From: Atractiella rhizophila
Lineage: Eukaryota
Reading direction: 5' to 3'
DNA: 35,726 bases
Assembly: GCA_021432655.1 (NCBI GenBank)
Contig: MU271310.1
Location: forward strand, 62,001-97,726
The notes beneath the pieces are model-generated. The model saw only the letters and a list, made by a program, of their open reading frames with translations. It ran no database searches and had not been told where the DNA came from. The position numbers were made by a program, and so were the translations under genes. Shown here one piece after another: positions 22,572-35,038 of the stretch. How positions within the stretch are numbered: the stretch's first letter is position 1; every line of letters starts with the position of its first letter.

Positions 22572-25500
22572 ATGAGCTCCAAAGAAGACGTCGACCTCAA
22601 AATCATCGAGCTCGACTCTCCCACTCCTCCCACCGTTAGGAAGCGCAAACTATACTGGCCCTTCTCCTACTATCCACCACCTCCCTCTCCCCCTCCATCC
22701 TCATCCTCATCCGCATCTACTCCTCTCCCTCCATCCCCAGAAGCGACCGCGCAGCTCCTCTCCCGTATTACGTGGTCATGGCTCACGCCCCTCCTCTCGC
22801 TCGGATACCAGCGTCCTCTCCACACCTCCGACCTCTTCATCCTCCCTCCTACCATCTCATGCACGCATCTCAGTCGGAAATTGAGCGAGGCTTTTGAGAG
22901 GCGACAGTTGGATGCGGCTGCTTGGAACGAGCGGTTGGAGGAGGGGAAGTTGCAGAGGTGGGAGAGGCTGACGAGAAGGACGCAGCTGTTTTTGTTGCCT
23001 TTTTTGAGAGTCAAAGGTGAAGCAGGAAAGGGAGAGAGGAGTTTGAAGAAGGAACCACTCCTTGTGATGGCGATGAATGACGCGATTGGCAGAGAGTTTT
23101 GGATCGGAGGAGCAATGAGGGCGGTGAGCGATGTGATACAAGTTTCTACGCCGCTCATCAGTAAAGAGATCATCCTGTTCGTCTCCCTCTTCACTTCATA
23201 GCAACTGCAATTAAATGACTTTTTTAAACGACGAACGATGGATAATGCAGATTCGCACAACGCACCCACGCCGCACGCACGTCATCCTCTCCCACTCCTA
23301 CCCAACAACCATCGATCGGAAAAGGGCTCAGCTACTGTTTCGCTCTCCTCGCCCTCCAACTCCTCGCCTCCCAATGCTCCCAACAGGGTACCATGATCGT
23401 CCAACGCGCAACGATAGGAGCGAGGGGAGCGATCGTGGCGTCAGTCTTTGAGCGGAGCGTGGAGCGGATGGACGCGAAGGATATGGATAAGGGGAGACTG
23501 ATGAACCATATTGGGGTGGATGTTGGGATGGTTGATGGAGCCATGGGATTCTTTCACATCGTCTGTATCCTTTACCTCCTATATTTCACTTACAGTTAGT
23601 CAACTGATTCCGATATCCTTTTGCCCTGCAACACACAGGCTTGGACGGTTGGTTTCACTTTATTTCTGAGTCGTAATTTGAATTCTGAAGGGAATCTCAG
23701 TCCGTGATTCAATTTATCATCATCCTCGCTTTCCTCCTTCACTCCCTCGGTCCCTCCGCCCTCGCTGGCGTGGGGTTCGTCATCCTCTCGAGCCCTCTCC
23801 AAGGGATGATAATGGGCAAGATGGCCAAGATGCGGAAGGGAGTAATGGAAGTCACCGATCGCAGGTCGAGATTGACCAGGGAGGTAGGTGCTTTCGCAAT
23901 GTCGGCGCCGCTGCTTGTTCCACTGACCATGTCTCGTTGTTGTGCAGGTGATGAATGGGATCAAGCTCGTGAAATTGTTTGGTCTGTCCTTCTCCTGTTC
24001 TCTTCGGAGTTGATCTCAATGGTGCTCGTATGCAGCCTGGGAGAGACCTTTCGTGAAGAAAATGGAAGGAGTGAGGAGAGAAGAGTTACAGGAGCTAAAG
24101 AAACTCCTCACCTTCCGAGCGATCACAATGGCCGTCTACTTTGGTCTCCCCTCCCTATCCGCGTATGCCATCCACCGCCTCCCTCTCTCTTTCAGTTAAT
24201 ATCATCACTTGACATTTCACTAACGCGAAAGGAGGGCACAGCGTGATATCAATCATCGTCTACTCCTCCATCCACTCGGCCAGAACCCTCGATCCAGCAA
24301 TCATCTTCCCATCCCTCTCTTGGTTCTTCCTCCTCCGAATCCCACTTACTTACCTCCCCCTCTCCCTTTCCTTTTCCGTCGACGGCTGGAACGCTATTCG
24401 TCGACTCCAAAAGCTGTTTGTCCTCACGACAGGTAAAGAGAAGGGAGAGGGTCAGCTGGGGCTGCTGGCCGACGAGGATCCAGGGCTTGCCATTGAGATT
24501 GAGGGGGGAAGGTTCACATGGGATGCGGATGCGGATGCGGATTCAGATGGAAGCAGGAAGGAGTTGAAGGACATTTGTTTGAGAATCGCGAGAGGGAAGT
24601 TGGTCGCCATTGGTGTGTCCATTCCCCATTTTTTACCGAGAACGACACATTGATAGTTTAACGATGTGGACAGTGGGACCCGTGGGGAGCGGGAAGAGTT
24701 CACTCCTCGCTGCGTTGACTGGAGAAATGAAGAAGTTGGAGGGGAAAGTGAAACTGGGTCTATTCTTCCCTCTACTCTACCTCGACCTCGTCTGATGGGT
24801 GGATGAGGTAGGAGCGGAAATCGCATACGTTCCTCAGATAGCCTGGATTCAGAATGCTTCTCTCCGGTTCGCTTCCCATCGTCCCATATCTCATTTCAAG
24901 GTGGACTTGGATTGATCTCATTCCCGGACGGATTGCAGGGATAACGTGCTGTTTGGCCAGCCGTTTGAGGAAGAGAGGTACTGGAGCGTCATCCGTTCGT
25001 CCTGTTTCCTTCCCGTTCAAAAAAGCCAGCGCCTGATCAGATTGATCGCCAGGGGCTGCGTGCCTTGAGCCCGACCTCGAAGTTCTACCCGACGGAGACT
25101 TGACTGATATCGGTTCGCCCTCGTCTTCTCCTTTATTACAACCTCAGAACCTCACTTTGAATCGGGTTGGATACAGGCGAAAAGGGAATCAATCTTAGGT
25201 ATATTTCGCTACTGGTTGAAAAGTGCTCGTGGCGCTAATGTCGACGGTCCGTTTGTTGAGAGTAGCGGTGGCCAGCGTCAACGGTATGTTCTGTTCTACC
25301 TGTGACACGAAAGCGATGTTGATGTTTCGCAGGGTGAGCATCGCCCGTGCTATGTATTTTCAGCGAGCTGGTTTAGTCTTGCTGGACGATCCATTGTCGT
25401 AAGTTGTTCTTTCTAGAGCAGCTTCCAGCCCTGACACCCTGACGTGCAGTGCTGTCGACGCGCATGTCGCTGAAAGCCTGTTCAACCATGCCATCAAAAG

Positions 25501-28430
25501 GTTGTTGGCGGACAGGACGCGAATTGTACGCGAAAAATTCTTCTAAAATCTTGCTTACCTCACGCAAATAGCTCGTCACTCACAATCTAAACATCTTACA
25601 TCAAGTGGATTATGTGATCTGCCTTGATCAAGGAAGCATTTCGGAACAAGGGACGTACGAGGAACTTGTGCAGCGTGGAGATATCTTCGCTCGTCTGATA
25701 GCTGAGTTTGGGAGATTGAATAAAGAGGATGCAGACAGAGAAGTCGTTGTTTCCGAATCTCAAGACGAAAGATTTGAAGAGAGCAAGGTCGAGAGTAGGA
25801 AGCGTGCGGGAAAGAAAATGATACAGGAGGAAGAAAGAGCATCCGGCTCTGTCGCGTTTTCAGGTTCGTCGTACCCCTGTGGCAAGACGTGGCGATCGAT
25901 GCAACTCGTTGATGAACCCTTAGTGTATGTTGAGTTTGCAATTGCAGGAGGAGCCTTTTTAGGCATCGTTCTGCTGCTCAGCTTGGCACTATTCTCCAGC
26001 ATAGGAGTTCTCAACAATTATGTAAGATTTAGTCTCACCTTAGGCGTCTCTGAAAATTTCTTGAAAATCAGTGGCTAGTCTGGTTCGTCGTGACACAAAC
26101 ACCACAACAAACGTATTCATGTCGAGTTGAAAGGTGGCAGGGTGATGCCTTCAATCAATCGAGGGGCTTCTACATAAGTATATACGGGGGACTGGGATTC
26201 GCTCAGACACTGTTCAGCTTCTTGATGGGACTCGCTGGAGTTATCGCAGGATACCAAGCTAGCAAGAGGCTTCACAATGCCGCCTTCAGGCGGGTCATTC
26301 GCGGTCCTCAGTACTTCTTCGACACAACGCCCCTCGGAAGAATCCTCACTAGGTTTTCTTCGGATGTTAATGTGCTAGACAATTCCTTAAATGGTTCCAT
26401 CAGAAGTATCCCTCCACTTATTTCCGTATCTTTTGAGGTTTCTTAACATGAAGTCAGTTGTACTCAGTACTTTTGGTCAACTGGCTGGGATCCTCGTCAT
26501 AATCGCCATTGTCTTGCCCTGGTTCATCGCTCCACTTGCAATCATTAGCGCAGTTTTTTTCTTGATCGCTAAGTTCCACCGACCGTCTGCTCGCGAAATT
26601 AAGAGGTGTGCATGTTTTCTTCAGGGTAATAGCCTTGATTGAAGATAATGTTGAGGTCCAACAATCTCCTCAGATCAGCGGTCGCTGCTCATTTCTCAGA
26701 AAGCATGTGAGTTCCAAGGCTACCGAATGCAGCGTCAGTCGTGACAGTCTCGGGAATAGAGCTGGAACGAGCACTATTCGAGCCTATGGAGAGACCGCAC
26801 GTTTTGTTCGAGATAATCAACGGGCAATAGATCTCGAAAATAGCGCGTATTATCTCTCCTATTGCAATCAACACTGGCTTGGGGTACGACTCGATATAAT
26901 CGCCATGTCCCTCACTCTTTCAGTCACCTTACTTTCGGTTGGTCTGGCGAAAACATCTGTTACTCCTGGTTTGTCCTGTGACCGCGTGGATTGGGTAATC
27001 CTTATGTTCGTAACAGCCCAAGTCGGGTTGGTGCTTTCGTATGTGACGCAAATCAGCCAGGCGCTTGGTTTTTTGGTGGTGAGTGCTTGTCTGCGTTGCA
27101 GAATCCCTCTCAAAGATCTCTCAAGAGAGAATCGGCAACTTTGGAGACAGAAATGAACAGTATGTCGTTTTTGGTTCAGGCCGGCTTCAGTATTGACTCT
27201 TCTCGCAATGCCAGATGCGGAGCGGTTGCTTTACTATGCCCATAAAATCGTGCAAGAAGCGCCGGCCATCGTTAAAGGGAGACCTTCTGATCTTTCGTGG
27301 CCAGAGACCGGCTCCTTGTCTTTCAAAGACGTCAGAATTGTTTACCGTCCAGGACTGCCTGAAGTTTTGCACGGGATTAGTTTCGAAGTGAAAGCAGGAG
27401 AGAAGGTATCGCTTTCAAATTCGCCCCAAACGGCTCCTTTCTTACCAATTGGCTAGATTGGTATCTGCGGCCGAACGGGGAGTGGAAAGACGTCTTTGCT
27501 CATGGCACTCTTCCGGGTCGTGGAGTTAACATCTGGGTCAATCGAAGTAGACGGCGAGGACATTTCTAAGATGGGACTGGAGACTCTGCGAAGTAGACTC
27601 GCCATTATTCCTCAAGAACCCCTATTGTTCAACGGTACGCTGCCCCTGTCTCACATTGATCATCCTGCTGACCGTCTACAGGAACGCTGAGGAGTAATCT
27701 CGACCCTTTTGGAGAATACGATGATGCTAGGTTGAACGAGGCCATCAAGCATTGTCATCTTAATGATGGCCCGACGCCTCGCTTCCAACTGGACACGAAA
27801 ATTGAAGATGAAGGCGCGAATCTTTCTGTCGGGGAACGAGCTTTGGTATCTCTTGCGAGAGCGATTGTCAAGGACTCTAAGGTGAACTTTAATATGGCCT
27901 CCTGATTTAATGTTGATAAAAAAGTTAGATATATCTTATCGACGAGGCGACATCTTCCATAGACCAAGAGAAGGTAGGAGACAAAGCTGAAACATTTGCA
28001 ACGGTTGACTGAATGTATGATATCTGTGCAGGATTCGAAGATCCAAGAAACGATACGCTGTGAACTGAAGGACAAAGTAGTTATGTGCATCGCTCACCGT
28101 TTGGAAACCATCATTGGTTTGTATCTCCTTTATGTGTTTCTTCAGGCTCATGAACTGGCGCTACAGGTTACGACCGAATTCTGGTCATGGTTGGTGTATT
28201 CTCAAGGGTCAAAATCGTCCACTGACATGGCTGTTCCACAGAGCGAGGGAAAGATAGCCGAGTTCGATTCCCCAGAAAGACTCGCTCTTACTCCTTCCAG
28301 CTTGTTCGGTTCCATGTGCTCGAGCGCTGACATATCGCTCGCAGACATTCAAGCGGCTCAGTCGCGTCCAAATTTCCATAGGGGTAGAGCAAGGCGGGGT
28401 ATTACGTCTGGGGGAGTAGAAGAGCCTTGA
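22572..28430 (+). CDS. ABCC (MRP/YOR1-like) full-size ABC transporter without TMD0, many introns
   Basis: Lasso motif [21 protein letters not shown], then TMD1. NBD1 has [29 protein letters not shown] and LLDDPLSAVDAHV. TMD2 has [20 protein letters not shown]2 has [28 protein letters not shown] and IAHRL. Stop TGA at 28428-28430. Confidence 0.95.
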
Positions 28431-28587
28431 TCGCGCTCGTATCAGAGTTGCCTGTGCCTGTAAGAATGGATTGCACAACCTTCACAACAAAGATTATCTC
28501 AGCCACCTAGAAAATTTAAGAATTATTATTAAGCACCTAGGAGTTTTGAGGGAAGTACCTTTAGAGTAGCAAAAGAGGAGGACCAGA

Positions 28588-29784
28588 TCAATAGAGTTTC
28601 CCATCGAGCCAAAAGTTTATAAAAATGAGTGGCATTTCCAATTTTTCAAAGTAACGTTTTAGCATATCCCTTGCGATCTCAGTCTCCTGTTGCCACCCAG
28701 GCCGTGCACTTTCCTTCAAAATGATCAATCGCAGCGCAGGGAACCTCTCTTTCGTCAGATTCTTCTTCAAGATCTCAAACGATTCGGTTGTCCATTTGTA
28801 GCACTCCAGTCGGAGATGTTCAAGATTGCCCATCTGCCAGTCGTCAAGAACCTGGTCTTTGAGTAAAGACTTTTCCATGTTGTGGAACTCGAAGGTGACT
28901 CTTTTTGCTGATGTTTTGGGAATATAGGAATAAAGAACTGAGGTCCATTCACAGACTTGAAGGTCACCCCTGGTGAATGGATTCCGTACTTCGATGACCG
29001 ATATGCTTTCGCCGTTTCTATCGAAGAAAGCCTGGAGCGCCGTTGTATTTCGTTCTCGGTCTTGTGGTCTTACAAATAGATCCCAAAGTTTGACGTGCCT
29101 CAGCTTTACAAGCTTGCAAAGCGGTAATAGTCCATTCAAAACAATATCTGCAGATGTCTGACCCAAGTATAGGTATCGGAGCTGGCTTGAGAAGCGACGA
29201 GTGTTCATGGACACTTTTTCCTCGAGGGTTCCTTCGCGGGGTCGATAAAAGTTACAGGTTTTGATGTGAAGCTTTTCGAGACCAGGGTGACATCCAGCAA
29301 AGTCGGCGAAGTCATCGAAGCGCCACCTCATGTGTTCCGTTTTGAAGAAAGTGAGCGTTCCAAATCCTTGCATTACATTTTGATCAAAATTCACGGATGT
29401 ATTGCTCAACGCAAGCTTCTTGATGGCGAGTTCATTCGTGAGGGCAAAAATGTCGTAGCCACCGCCGGGAACATCCGTCACAGAGTCCATGACATGGACT
29501 TGCTTGAGATAATGGTGTAAAGTCTGATGAGGCGATTTGAGCAGCTGTTTCAACTTCTTCAAAGATATTTCATCCCTGGCGTCAAACTGCTCAAAGAAGA
29601 TGTCGCGTTCAAAGTATACTGCCCTCGAAAAATGCAGAAAGTCTCGGCAGACAAGGCTACAGGTGAGGAGGGTGCGAGCGTCCGGGAAAAAAATTCCTCC
29701 GTGTCCCATTTGGGCGCTGCAGCGAGCCTTGAAACTGTCGAAGATGTGTTCAAATATTTCGTTGGGGAAAGTACGAATTGCCAT
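28588..29784 (-). CDS. F-box domain protein with a probable LRR/RNI-like C-terminus, intronless, 398 aa
   Basis: N-terminal FPNEIFEHIFDSF...TLLTCSLVCRDF is F-box-like. Repeated LxxLxL motifs follow (LEKLHI, LRYLYL, LRHVKL, LEHLRL, LRLIIL). Confidence 0.85.
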   Translation of the reverse strand: MAIRTFPNEIFEHIFDSFKARCSAQMGHGGIFFPDARTLLTCSLVCRDFLHFSRAVYFERDIFFEQFDARDEISLKKLKQLLKSPHQTLHHYLKQVHVMDSVTDVPGGGYDIFALTNELAIKKLALSNTSVNFDQNVMQGFGTLTFFKTEHMRWRFDDFADFAGCHPGLEKLHIKTCNFYRPREGTLEEKVSMNTRRFSSQLRYLYLGQTSADIVLNGLLPLCKLVKLRHVKLWDLFVRPQDRERNTTALQAFFDRNGESISVIEVRNPFTRGDLQVCEWTSVLYSYIPKTSAKRVTFEFHNMEKSLLKDQVLDDWQMGNLEHLRLECYKWTTESFEILKKNLTKERFPALRLIILKESARPGWQQETEIARDMLKRYFEKLEMPLIFINFWLDGKLY

Positions 29785-30489
29785 GGAGCCAGTCGAAATC
29801 GAAACCTACAATATCAAAATCTCCAAGGCCGAAACAGAGTGAAACTGATCCTTTTGGTCTGAGACTGACTGTGGATGTGGATAGCGCTTGACTGGCAAAC
29901 TTGATTGACTGCTGGGATCTATCGACCTCAGTGTGAAAAGTGAAAGAGGACCGATCGATCTCACGTTGATGTTGATGCTAGTTTCAGAAGTGTTGTTGCG
30001 CCCATTCCAGGTCCTTTCTCATTTCATACATTCACTACATTTCACGATTATGTTACTGAAGTGGACGAAGACTCCCAGCCCTGTTTCCTCTACTCCCTCC
30101 TCATCGAACCAAGGCAAGTCGCATTTTGATGATTCACTGAAGCAGTCTAGTGCTGGTGCCACCCTCGTGGCACCGCTTGTTCCAACGTTGTCTCGTACTA
30201 GTATACGGTCTCTCGAATGGAAGATTCACCTCGAACACCTCTTCTTGAACAAGTCTGTAAACAAGTAGGTCGAGACCAAGAGAACTCACCCACCCAACTG
30301 AAGCACGTGCTGAGTAAAGGACGAATTCAACCACTTACCTAGTACGACCCCCCAGATGATGCCATGGTCGCAGGGCGCATTGTGCGCAATGCGCAACCTG
30401 CGTCCACCACTGACCAGTGGAACTCTTCAACAGTCGCCAACGATGATCTGGACGATGAATGAGAGCCGTCAATGGTACGAGAGGCTTGG

Positions 30490-31190
30490 GAGAGTCCTGC
30501 ATGGTGAGTTCTCCATTTCTTAGACCTGGTGTCTTTTCTGAGCTGATCATGACTCAGACAACACTTCTATTCCGACCCGTAAACACGCTCGCTCACAGTA
30601 TTCGCCCTCGACATGCGAGTCTCGCAACGGTCGGTCAGGAGGTTCCGACGCCGAAAAAAATTCCGTCCTTCATTGCTGCGTAGCGAGCATTCAGCTGCGC
30701 TGAGTTCAACTATTTCGTTGGGGAAAGTCGAATTTCTGAGCCAGTCGATCGACCTACAATATAAATCTCCAAGGCCGAACAGAGTGAAACATCCTTTTGG
30801 TCTAGACTGACTGTGGATGTGAGCGCTTGACTGGCACTTGATTGACTCGGATCTATCCTCACTGTGAAAAGAAATAGACCATCGTCTCAGTTGAATTGAT
30901 GCTGTTTCAGTGATTTGTTCCACCTTCTCTTCAGTACATTCACTACATTTCACGTTATGTTACTGAAGAGACAAAGACCAGCACCTGTTTCTCTCCGCTC
31001 CGTCGAAGAGTCGCATTTTGAATGCATTTTGATGTTCCAATTCGTTCTGCATTCTGGCAAGCTTGTTCCCGTTTGTATAGTATACTGTCTCTCGAATGGA
31101 AGATCCTGTCACTCTCTTGAACAAGTCTGAACAAGTCGTCGAGCCATAGAACTTATCATCCAGTAAGCACTGGAGTAACGACAACCTGAT
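30490..31190 (-). pseudogene. Degenerate tandem copy of the F-box gene 5' end and upstream region (about 29480-30330), shortened by micro-deletions
   Basis: Shared anchors tatttcgttggggaaagt, aatctccaaggccgaa, agactgactgtggatgtg, tacattcactacatttcacg, tctctcgaatggaagat and tcttgaacaagtctg occur in the same order. The ATG is destroyed. Confidence 0.85.
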
Positions 31191-31244
31191 CATGATCATG
31201 GTCATCCTCAAACAGTGCTTCAGCCGAGTGCAGGTGAACGTTGC

Positions 31245-31642
31245 AGTCTGATCTCTAATTGTGCTCGCCACATGGGGAGAGAGTGTGGTAATAATACCAT
31301 GGAAATCGTGGCGCAATCCCACAATTTCAATTGAGGTGCGTGGTTGTGTTCAGGACGTGAACGGGCCTGTGACAATTCGTATTCTTTTGCAAATGAGGCT
31401 AGATTTTCTTACTTTTCTTTGACATGTGGAGGCGGCGCATCAAAGAAGGCGAGCGTTCTATTACGCCATGGCGGCATTCAGGTGCAAACCTGTTGGCAGA
31501 AAAGTTGCTACATTCGCCCTTTTCTTTTACATTCATTTGAAAAACATATTGTGATACCGTGAAGCCAACTTTCAAACGTGCATTTGTCTTTGAGTAAGGG
31601 TCCGCCCGTCAAAACGCGAGACACGTCCAAAGTCATGTGACA
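31245..31642 (+). repeat. Diverged dispersed repeat, copy 1 (partner about 34648-35038)
   Basis: Shared blocks ctgatct.ta...gtgct, attgaggt..gtggttgtgttc.gg..gtgaacggg and taagggtcc.cccgtcaaa..., gacacgtc, gtgacat. Confidence 0.75.
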
Positions 31643-33040
31643 TATGATGGTTTCAAACTGACCATGCTACCTCCGAAATATAATTGTAATGACATCGTGG
31701 TTTTGTTGACTTGGGTTCTCTTGCACGTAAATCAAGCTTGATAGCAACGCAAGAAGCATTTTTATTCAAATATACCATGCCTGACAAACAAGAAGGACAA
31801 GTGCTCTGTTCTTATTTTCATTCATTTTCAATCAATTCGCGTCTGTAGTGTGTTAGGCAGGCACACGTGTAGAAATATACTTACATTCAGCATCATCACT
31901 TCTTTTTTTTGCTTCCGTTCTGAGAGACTGAACGTCCTTCCTTGGTGCCGGAAGATGGAGGAGGGCGGGAGGGGACGCTATGGAGCGTTTGAAGCGTGCT
32001 CTCTTTCTGTGAGCTTACATCCTTCGTAACCGTCGGATTATAGGACCCTGACTCTGAACATGTCGAGTTCCTACAATCGATCTTCCAAGTCTGACGAGTG
32101 TTACTATTGTGGGCCCAAGTACACTACATAGACAAGTTGGTATGTTACAATGCAGATTCAAGTGCTTACCATTATTGCACCGGATTCTAAAAACCTCAGG
32201 AGTGATGGAGAGATACGATTTGAGGTGAGCGCTCTCAACGAGTTGCATTGACTTCTTATATGAACAATTGGCACGACCAACCCCCCACGCCCTTTCCATG
32301 CTTACCTTTCTGACCTAGAAAAGCTTTGTCCCTTTGCCGTACTCCGATGTTCGGGCTGATCACGAACAATATCATTATTTGTTTAGACCTACTGTTGCGG
32401 ATCGGATCTCTTGGAACCTGAATTGTGCAACAACGCTTCTACATGAGAAATTCAATGAGCCCTTCGCCTGGTATACTCCTCGATTTTCACAGCAATTTGG
32501 GGGTACAAAGCATCTCTGTTCTCGCCGGTTCTGAAGCAATACACAGCTGTTCTTTCTGATTCTGGATTGGTGTTTCCATGGGCATGGTCTTTCGCTGGCC
32601 TTTCAAAGTATACTCGCGACTTCGAATATACTAATCGCCGATTTTTTTTTGCGGCCGTTCCCATCCCATGTCATGCTCGAGCTTCCTTCGTTGCCCTTGG
32701 CAGCTTGCTGTGAGAGAAAACTTGCGGTTGGAATGATCGATCAGACACATGCGGACTTTCTGTTTGTCGGACTATGGGCTTAACATGGCATCACCTTATC
32801 AGACCGGAATCGATATTAATCAAACCGTGTGACAAGCTGGGTTCGCGAACTTCGGACCCTGGCACAGCCTCCATGATTCTGATGCCGTCCCCCTTTAGAT
32901 CCATCATTCTCCACCGCAACTCAGTGGGGTCTTCCTTCTCGACACTTACAATAGTGACGCGTCCATATTCAGACTGAAATCGAGTGAAATTCAGGTACGT
33001 TTAGTAGGGTATCGTGGTTCGTAGGCTGATTTTCATTAGC

Positions 33041-33871
33041 ATGCGAACCTTGCTCAAGGCTCAAAGCTGGTGGGACGGTCCTCCCCTGAAATTTCTCTAT
33101 ACGGAAGTTCTTTATGAAGAGGATGGCGACGTCTATTATTTCGATGAAGAGGATCCCTCAGTCTGCGTCGACGATGCACATGTCCAAACGTGTGCGCCAG
33201 GAATACGGCTCGATAAGAAGTTTTATTTGCCACTTTTGGTTAACTTTGAGGACAAAACCCAAGCTCCATCCGACTGTTTGTCAAATGGCTTTGTAAAGAC
33301 CCCTTTCTCGCTCGGGATGCACTTTCGTCGAGTCACAGATCCTACTGCAGCAGATGCCTATCGAACCAGAGATCTGTATTCTCACGAATTGGAAACTTTG
33401 GACATCATTTCACGGCGTCCTCATCCTAACGTTTGTCGATATCACGGCTATGTAACTGATGGCACTTTCATAACGGGTCTCTGTTTTGAAAAGCATCACT
33501 TTACGCTGTGGGAAGCTATATTTCGAAACAAGAGGATCGATGCAACTTTCGTTCTTGCCGAAATTCGCAAAGGGCTTGAACACCTTCATTCTGCGGGTAT
33601 CTCCCATAATGATCTGTCTCCAACAACATTATGCTTGATTTTGACGACGAAGGGATGTTGACCACCGTTGTGATAATCGATTTCGATTCGGCCACCAAAT
33701 TCGGCGAGAAGTTGGTAAAACCTTCCTGGGACGGTTTGGCTCGATAGTAAAGCCAAAGTCGGCGATGCAAACAACGACTGGTTCGGGTTTGGGACAACCG
33801 AAAGGTGTCTCGCTGCCCGGCCATTCTTCGAAGGTACTCCAACTAGAGAGGGAACAGAAAGTCTTGGATGA
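33041..33871 (+). pseudogene. Fungal protein-kinase-like gene with two apparent frameshifts
   Basis: ATG at 33041. Reads FVKTP, HELETLDIISRRPHPNVCRYHG, GLEHLHSAGISHNDLSP. A shift near 33622 gives NIMLDF..VVIIDFDSA, and a second shift near 33724 gives ..VGDANNDWFG..* ending at TGA 33869-33871. Confidence 0.8.
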
Positions 33872-34647
33872 ATTTACGAAGGTTTGGTGCCACGGACCTC
33901 CAGAATCGAGCTGAAGAATATAGACACAACTTTTACAAAGCTAAGAGTAGTGTTCACGAACGGCAACCATGAGTCAACCAAAATGCCTTCGCAAATGCTC
34001 GCTACCACCAAACACGGAATACTATCTCACTCTCAAGCCCCTACTAGAAATTCCAAGGTCAAAATACTCGAAAGCTGTCACAGGAGAGGACGGATATCAA
34101 TGATAATGTAGAAGCGTCAAACTTTAGTAGCCATACAACGGAGAGAATAGTACTCACGAGAATAATTGGGGGGCTTGGAACGCCTCCTGGCCTAGTTGTA
34201 GTTGGACTTGATGGCATGTGGATGGTGAATGTCGTTCGCAGAAAGTGCCGCACGTGATTTATGTTCCCCTCAAAATTCCATGACTTCAAACAGCTCTCCC
34301 TCAGTCCACAGCAACCACAGCAAGAACAGAATTGCAGCTACAAGCTCAGTGACTGTATTTCTACATTCCTATTGCATTTTTACAATTTATTTGAAAATTC
34401 AAGAAACTTTTTTGAATTTCCTAACCCTCTCTATTAGCACTACTTCCGTAGTTCAAGGATGAAAATAACAACGGCGCACCTTAGCAGCGTCGGAATCGGT
34501 CGATAGACGCCCTATCGCACGATGCATTGAATCGACGGAGGAGAAGAGAGAATCCCAGGACAAGCACGTGCCAGATCAACGTAAGCGGAGGCAGGGATGT
34601 GTTCTTCCATATTCTTGTATTGATACTCTGTGCAAGCTGGGACTTAG

Positions 34648-35038
34648 AGCCTGATCTTTAGTCGTGCTTGTGACATGCGGAGAAAGTGTGTGTAATATCT
34701 TGGAAATAACGGCGCGGAATCCTGGGATTGAGGTATGTGGTTGTGTTCTGGGAGTGAACGGGACAGTGGAAGTTGGCTTCTCTCCTGCAAACCGTGCTAT
34801 CTTCTCACTGTGGTCCTTTGACGGAAGTGAACGTGGGGGGACGAAAGATCGAGAAAGAAGCATGTCCATTTTATTGCCCCTTCCTGCATTCTTGGTTGAT
34901 AAAGTTTCTGCATTTACTTGCTCTTTGATTTTGTTTTAAAACAACGTATTTTGATGCTGTGAAACAATCTCAATGGTCTATTTGTCTCTCAATAAGGGTC
35001 CACCCGTCAAATTGCGACACGTCTGAGGCAGGTGACAT
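34648..35038 (+). repeat. Diverged dispersed repeat, copy 2
   Basis: Matches 31245-31642 in blocks. Confidence 0.75.

Noticed and set aside
24522..24542. (GATGCG)n repeat
   Set aside because: Short in-frame DADADAD low-complexity linker in the ABC transporter.
30155..30202. Hairpin GGTGCCAC-cctc-GTGGCACC followed by CTAGT, like a Helitron 3' end
   Set aside because: The 23-nt spacing is longer than typical, homology with the 30.5-31.2 kb copy continues on both sides, and no Rep/helicase gene is present.
31650..33000. Short ORFs upstream of the kinase
   Set aside because: All under 100 aa with no motifs; treated as intergenic or unrecognisably decayed.
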